A DNA stretch of 64,000 nt, taken from Bacteroidia bacterium. Lineage in GTDB: Bacteria > Bacteroidota > Bacteroidia > NS11-12g > UBA9320. The notes below the pieces were generated by a model. It was given only the letters and a program-made list of their open reading frames with translations, was not told where the DNA came from and made no database searches. Within the stretch, counting starts at the first letter, position 1. Each line of letters opens with the position of its first letter. Where the stretch lies: the NCBI GenBank assembly GCA_965216465.1, contig CBDCFW010000001.1, forward strand, positions 319,020 through 383,019. The letters run 5' to 3'. Below are positions 59,614 to 64,000 of this stretch, in pieces. A program made the position numbers and the translations under genes.

Positions 59614-61236
59614 ATGCAAAAATATTTTTCGACCTTAAAGTCTGACATTCCAGCAGGCTTGGTAGTTTTTTTAGTTGCGATACCACTATGTTTAGGTATT
59701 GCTGCTGTAAGTGGTGTTCCAGCATTTTCAGGATTAATTGCTGGACTTGTAGGAGGTATCATTGTCGCTTTAATTAGTGGATCTCAAGTAGGTGTTAGTG
59801 GACCAGCCGCAGGATTAGCGGTAATTGTTTATGATGCCATGCAAAGTTTTAAAGAGGAGACTACGGCCACTGACGAGATGCTCATCAGCCTTGAAGCACT
59901 GCAAATGTTTCTACTTGCTGTAGTAATTGCCGGAGTTATTCAGTTAATACTAGGTTTTCTGAAAGGCGGTATAATCGGCTACTACTTCCCCTCTTCTGTA
60001 ATTAAAGGAATGTTGGCAGGTATCGGCTTAACCATCTTCCTTAAAGAAGTACCTCATGCTCTTGGTTATGATAAAGACATGGAAGGTGATTTTAGTTTCT
60101 GGCAGATGGATGGTGAAAACACTTTCACTGAGCTACTCAATGCCTTTGGTAACCCAGACCTAGGTGCAGTATTGATCTCTGTGGTCGGTTTGCTAATTAT
60201 GGTTTTATGGCAAACGAAAGCATTCCAAAAGATTAAGGCATTCCAAATTATCCAAGGTCCCTTAGTGGCCATATTAGTTGGAGTGACATTTGTGATGTTG
60301 TTCGCCGGAACTTCATTTGAAATGATTCAAGAACATTTGGTTAAGGTTCCTGTAGCTAGCTCTACTAGCGAATTTATCAGCTTCTTTACAACACCAAACT
60401 TTGGTGCTATAGGTAATCCTTTGGTTTGGAAAACAGCTGTTGTAATTGCTATAGTTGCGAGTTTAGAGACACTTCTTTGTGTTGAGGCAACAGATAAACT
60501 GGATCCTCAAAAACGAGTTACTCCTACCAACCTTGAACTTAAAGCTCAAGGTGTTGGAAACATCGTTAGTGGTTTGATTGGAGGACTTCCAATCACCCAG
60601 GTAATTGTTCGTAGTTCTGCAAATATTCAAAGTGGCGGAAAAACAAAGATGGCTGCATTTTATCACGGTATTTTCATTCTCGTGTTCGTGGCTTTCCTTC
60701 CCCATCTGTTGAACCAAATTCCACGTGCAAGTTTGGCGGCTATTTTAATTATAGTTGGATATAAACTAGCAAAACCTGAGCTGTTCAAGCAAATGTGGAA
60801 AGCAGGTAAAAATCAATTCGTTCCTTTTGTTGTAACGATTCTTGTTATCGTATTTAAAGATCTACTTTGGGGTGTGAGCATTGGATTAGTGATTGCAGTA
60901 TTTGAAATCTTGTATTTGAACTACCGCAAACCGTTCCTAGTTGATCTTGACTCAGACGAGAAGAAGTTTGTATTCAAACTGTCTAGAGACGTTACATTCA
61001 TACACAAGGCAAGTATTCTTGGAACATTGAAAAACATCCCAAATGATACTAAGGTTGTAATAGATGCATCACGATCGGTTCACATACATCCTGACATTCT
61101 TGAAATCATTGATAACTTCAAGACCCACGCCGAGTACGCGAACATAGAAGTTGATGTAATTTTCAACAAAGACCTTAATCAATCAAATTCAAAAGAAGAA
61201 TTTGAAGAATTGCTGAGGACGTACCGTAAAAAATAA
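59614..61236 (+). CDS. SulP/SLC26 family inorganic anion (probably bicarbonate) transporter
   Basis: DIPAGLVVFLVAIPLCLGIA, VSGPAAGL, IVASLETLLC, LPITQVIVRSSANI and a STAS-like C-terminus. Confidence 0.93.
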   Translation: MQKYFSTLKSDIPAGLVVFLVAIPLCLGIAAVSGVPAFSGLIAGLVGGIIVALISGSQVGVSGPAAGLAVIVYDAMQSFKEETTATDEMLISLEALQMFLLAVVIAGVIQLILGFLKGGIIGYYFPSSVIKGMLAGIGLTIFLKEVPHALGYDKDMEGDFSFWQMDGENTFTELLNAFGNPDLGAVLISVVGLLIMVLWQTKAFQKIKAFQIIQGPLVAILVGVTFVMLFAGTSFEMIQEHLVKVPVASSTSEFISFFTTPNFGAIGNPLVWKTAVVIAIVASLETLLCVEATDKLDPQKRVTPTNLELKAQGVGNIVSGLIGGLPITQVIVRSSANIQSGGKTKMAAFYHGIFILVFVAFLPHLLNQIPRASLAAILIIVGYKLAKPELFKQMWKAGKNQFVPFVVTILVIVFKDLLWGVSIGLVIAVFEILYLNYRKPFLVDLDSDEKKFVFKLSRDVTFIHKASILGTLKNIPNDTKVVIDASRSVHIHPDILEIIDNFKTHAEYANIEVDVIFNKDLNQSNSKEEFEELLRTYRKK

Positions 61237-61239
61237 CTC

Positions 61240-61274
61240 AAAAGAAAGGCCTTAATTAAGGCCTTTCTTTTTTT
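61240..61274 (+). terminator. Intrinsic terminator after sulP
   Basis: Perfect palindrome aaaagaaaggccttaattaaggcctttctttt followed by a T-tract. Confidence 0.85.
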
Positions 61275-61297
61275 AAAATAATGTGTAGTTTTGGGCT

Positions 61298-61996
61298 ATG
61301 ACAACAACAAACTTTGATGCACTCTTAGAAGCTCATGAAGACCTAAGCAACTTTATAAACAAAAAAGAACTTTATTACTCTTCAAACTTTAATGACTTTC
61401 AAATACCAAATGATGAATTTCTTGAATGGGTGAGTCCAAAGTTTTATGAAAGTTTTGTGATTTCTATAGATGAGGGAGCTAAAACAGATCTGACTTGGAA
61501 GTTGACTCGATTAATGAAAACCAAAATGATTTGTAATGATGAATACCGTGCTAAATGTGAAGCTAAGATCACAGAGGTTTTTACCGGTGTTGTTGAATAC
61601 ATCAGAAACATAAAAGACGGTGTTGACAGTGGAAATATGTCTTCAGTTAACGACTCATTTCGATTTTACAAAAAAGCTTGGATTGAAGCTTTTAATCTTT
61701 TGAAGGGAGAGGATGCTGTACTACGTGAAGAATTTGCTCAACTATCATACGATATGGCGATTCCTTTCAAGAACGACAGCTTAAAAGAAAACAAAGCTTC
61801 CAACGTTGAGATATTTGATGCCGTATTTTTAGATCTGCCTTCAATCAATTGTTCTCCAGAGCTAAAGGCTAAGATTCAGTCTGCTTCTAAAGAGTTCATT
61901 TCAAAAGTGAAGAAGGAGGTAAATAAAGGAACTATTATTACTGTAGTAGTTGTAATTTTAATCATCCTCAAGTGGATTATTAGAGCAGCACGATAA
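61298..61996 (+). CDS. Hypothetical helical protein with C-terminal membrane anchor
   Basis: TAGTTTTG (61286-61293) upstream. C-terminal TIITVVVVILIILKWII. Confidence 0.7.
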   Translation: MTTTNFDALLEAHEDLSNFINKKELYYSSNFNDFQIPNDEFLEWVSPKFYESFVISIDEGAKTDLTWKLTRLMKTKMICNDEYRAKCEAKITEVFTGVVEYIRNIKDGVDSGNMSSVNDSFRFYKKAWIEAFNLLKGEDAVLREEFAQLSYDMAIPFKNDSLKENKASNVEIFDAVFLDLPSINCSPELKAKIQSASKEFISKVKKEVNKGTIITVVVVILIILKWIIRAAR

Positions 61997-62023
61997 AAAG
62001 AGGAACTATTAAATAGCTCCTCT
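61995..62023 (-). terminator. Intrinsic terminator of the M13 peptidase gene
   Basis: On the - strand: agaggagctat-tta-atagttcctct followed by tttt. Confidence 0.6.
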
Positions 62024-62046
62024 CATCTAGGATCTTTATTTATCCT

Positions 62047-63999
62047 CTACCAAATTTTTATTTTAGCTGAATCGGGTTTGTACATGGCTTTATTCGGACA
62101 AACTCCAAAAGCCTCCTCATAAGGCTTAAAATTAACCAAAGGCCCAATTACTCGATACTCAGCTGGAGAGTGAGGATCTGATTTGAGGCGATTAACCAAT
62201 TCTTCTTCTTTAATACTTCCTTTCCAGACATTAGCCCACGCCAAAAAGAATCGCTGTTCCCAGGTAAAGCCTTCTATATCTTCTGGTTCGTTCTCCCCTA
62301 TTGCTTTTTGCAAAGCAGAATAAGCTAAGGTAACACCACCAAGATCAGCAATATTTTCACCCATGGTAAGCTCACCATTTACATTCATTCCCTCTATTGG
62401 AGAGTAACCATTGTACTGCTCACCTAATCGGGCAGCAAGAGCCTCAAACTTTTCACGATCTTCGGCAGTCCACCAGTCATTTAAGTTTCCATCCCAATCA
62501 AATTTGCTTCCTTTATCATCAAAACCATGTGAAAATTCATGTCCGATCACAGCTCCTATCCCACCATAATTAACAGCATGATCAAAATCTTTAGAGAAAA
62601 ATGGTGGTTGCAGAATTCCTGCCGGAAAAACGATTTCATTGTTGCTTGAACTGTAGTACGCATTTACCATCTGAGGAGTCATATGCCATTCTGTTTTGTC
62701 TACAGGCTGACCTTGTTTCTCTAACATCTTGTTATAACCAAATGCACGTACATTTTGAATATTTTGAACATAACTCCCTTCAACGATTTCAAGTTCTGAA
62801 TAATCTTCCCATTCATCTGGATAACCCACTTTGTAAGTAAATGCCTCTAACTTCTTAAGTGCCTTACTCTTTGTTTCATCACTCATCCATGTCAGATTAA
62901 GAATACTTTCTTTATAAGCGCTTCGCAGGTTTTCAATCATTTCTTTCATGTACTCCTTGCTCTCTTCAGAGAAATATTCTTTAACGAACAACTTACCTAA
63001 TGGCTCACCAAGGTTTCCGTTAATTACACTAAACACCCTTTCGTCTAGTGGCTTCATCTCAGATTTTCCGCTTAATACTTTTCCTCTAAAATTAAACTTC
63101 TCAGCTTCCAATTCTGGAGTTAAGAATGAAGCATACGAAGAAATGGTATTCCATGTTAGGTAGCTTTTCCAAACTTCTACATCTGATGCCTCGAACATTG
63201 CATCTAGCTTTGTAAAGAATGACGGTTGACCAACGATCAAGGTATCGATAGTTTTAAATCCTCGAGTACCCGCAATTTGTTCAAAATCAAGATTTGGTAA
63301 CGAAGCGTCCCAGGATTCCATATCCAGCACATTATTTGTAAGGTCTGGGTCTCGGTTAGCTTCTCTCGTCCAGCTTATGTCAGCTATTTGCGTTTCTAGT
63401 TCCAATATATCTTGGCCATTGTGGGGTAAACCACTAAGATCCATCATGGTGTTGATGTGCTCAACGTATTGAGCTCTGATGGTCACAAAACGTTTATCCT
63501 CAGACAGATAATAATCTCTATCAGGTAAGTTTAATCCAGCTTGCCCCGCATAAACAATATTTTCTTTACTGTTATTCTTGTTAGTACCTACGCCTAGTCC
63601 GATAGGAGTTTTAATACCCATAGGTGCTAATTCACCAAATAGGTGAATAATATCTTCCTTACGCTCTGCAGCAGCAATCTCATTTAGAATGGCTTCAATT
63701 CCCGCCAGACCAGCAACTGTTCGTGTTGCAGTATCCAATCCAGAATTAAAGAAATCGCGGATCATTTGTTCTTCTGATCCTTTTTCTGCTGACTTATTCT
63801 TTGCCACTTCAGATACAATAGCCAACAAACGCTGTTTGTTCTCCTCATTTAAGATGTTCATAGCATACCATCGGCTTTCCGTTTCTGGTATATCATTTTC
63901 TTTAATCCAGCCACCAACAGCATAGTGATAGAAATTATCACAAGGGTCAACGCTGTGATCCATGTCATGAGCTGAGAGTGAATTAGTGGTTTGCTTTTC
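62047..63999 (-). CDS. M13 (neprilysin/PepO-like) metalloendopeptidase; 5'-truncated by the window edge
   Basis: VDPCDNFY, VNAYY, FPAGILQPPFF, NYGGIGAVIGHEFSHGFD (HExxH), GENIAD and DPHSP. Frame stays open to the window end. Confidence 0.95.
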   Translation of the reverse strand, partial: EKQTTNSLSAHDMDHSVDPCDNFYHYAVGGWIKENDIPETESRWYAMNILNEENKQRLLAIVSEVAKNKSAEKGSEEQMIRDFFNSGLDTATRTVAGLAGIEAILNEIAAAERKEDIIHLFGELAPMGIKTPIGLGVGTNKNNSKENIVYAGQAGLNLPDRDYYLSEDKRFVTIRAQYVEHINTMMDLSGLPHNGQDILELETQIADISWTREANRDPDLTNNVLDMESWDASLPNLDFEQIAGTRGFKTIDTLIVGQPSFFTKLDAMFEASDVEVWKSYLTWNTISSYASFLTPELEAEKFNFRGKVLSGKSEMKPLDERVFSVINGNLGEPLGKLFVKEYFSEESKEYMKEMIENLRSAYKESILNLTWMSDETKSKALKKLEAFTYKVGYPDEWEDYSELEIVEGSYVQNIQNVRAFGYNKMLEKQGQPVDKTEWHMTPQMVNAYYSSSNNEIVFPAGILQPPFFSKDFDHAVNYGGIGAVIGHEFSHGFDDKGSKFDWDGNLNDWWTAEDREKFEALAARLGEQYNGYSPIEGMNVNGELTMGENIADLGGVTLAYSALQKAIGENEPEDIEGFTWEQRFFLAWANVWKGSIKEEELVNRLKSDPHSPAEYRVIGPLVNFKPYEEAFGVCPNKAMYKPDSAKIKIW

Positions 64000-64000
64000 T

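Noticed and set aside
690-63925. Numerous short ORFs (60-154 aa) overlapping long genes in the ORF track, e.g. 44261-44725 and 55050-55502 on the - strand
   Set aside because: They are antisense or alternate-frame shadows of well-supported genes and have no recognisable motifs.

Overview
Gene-dense chromosomal window from a free-living Bacteroidota bacterium. The assignment rests on TAnnTTTG housekeeping promoters, type IX secretion (T9SS) C-terminal domains and a PorP/SprF-like gene. There are about 49 CDS, with partial genes at both ends. I found no rRNA, tRNA, CRISPR array, prophage or IS element. Housekeeping genes include hutH, prmA, mnmD, murB, cca, miaA, priA, sucC and a sua5/yciO-family gene. 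Accessory content includes a 3966-aa T9SS cargo protein with five tandem beta-helix modules, a 1.47k-aa uncharacterised exported protein, an SLC12-like transporter and an sqr-tusE-dsrE2 sulfur operon. Three observations stand out. (1) A 97-aa ORF with a signal-like N-terminus and a C-terminal PPP sits upstream of sulP, and its last codons can pair perfectly (10 bp) with the sulP translation-initiation region; this is a candidate ribosome-arrest leader-peptide switch. (2) A divergent cysteine dioxygenase / PLP decarboxylase pair carries animal-type CDO and CSAD signature residues, suggesting hypotaurine/taurine synthesis. (3) Two palindromic operators lie in front of the sulfur operon. All product calls come from motif recognition by eye; no database searches were run.
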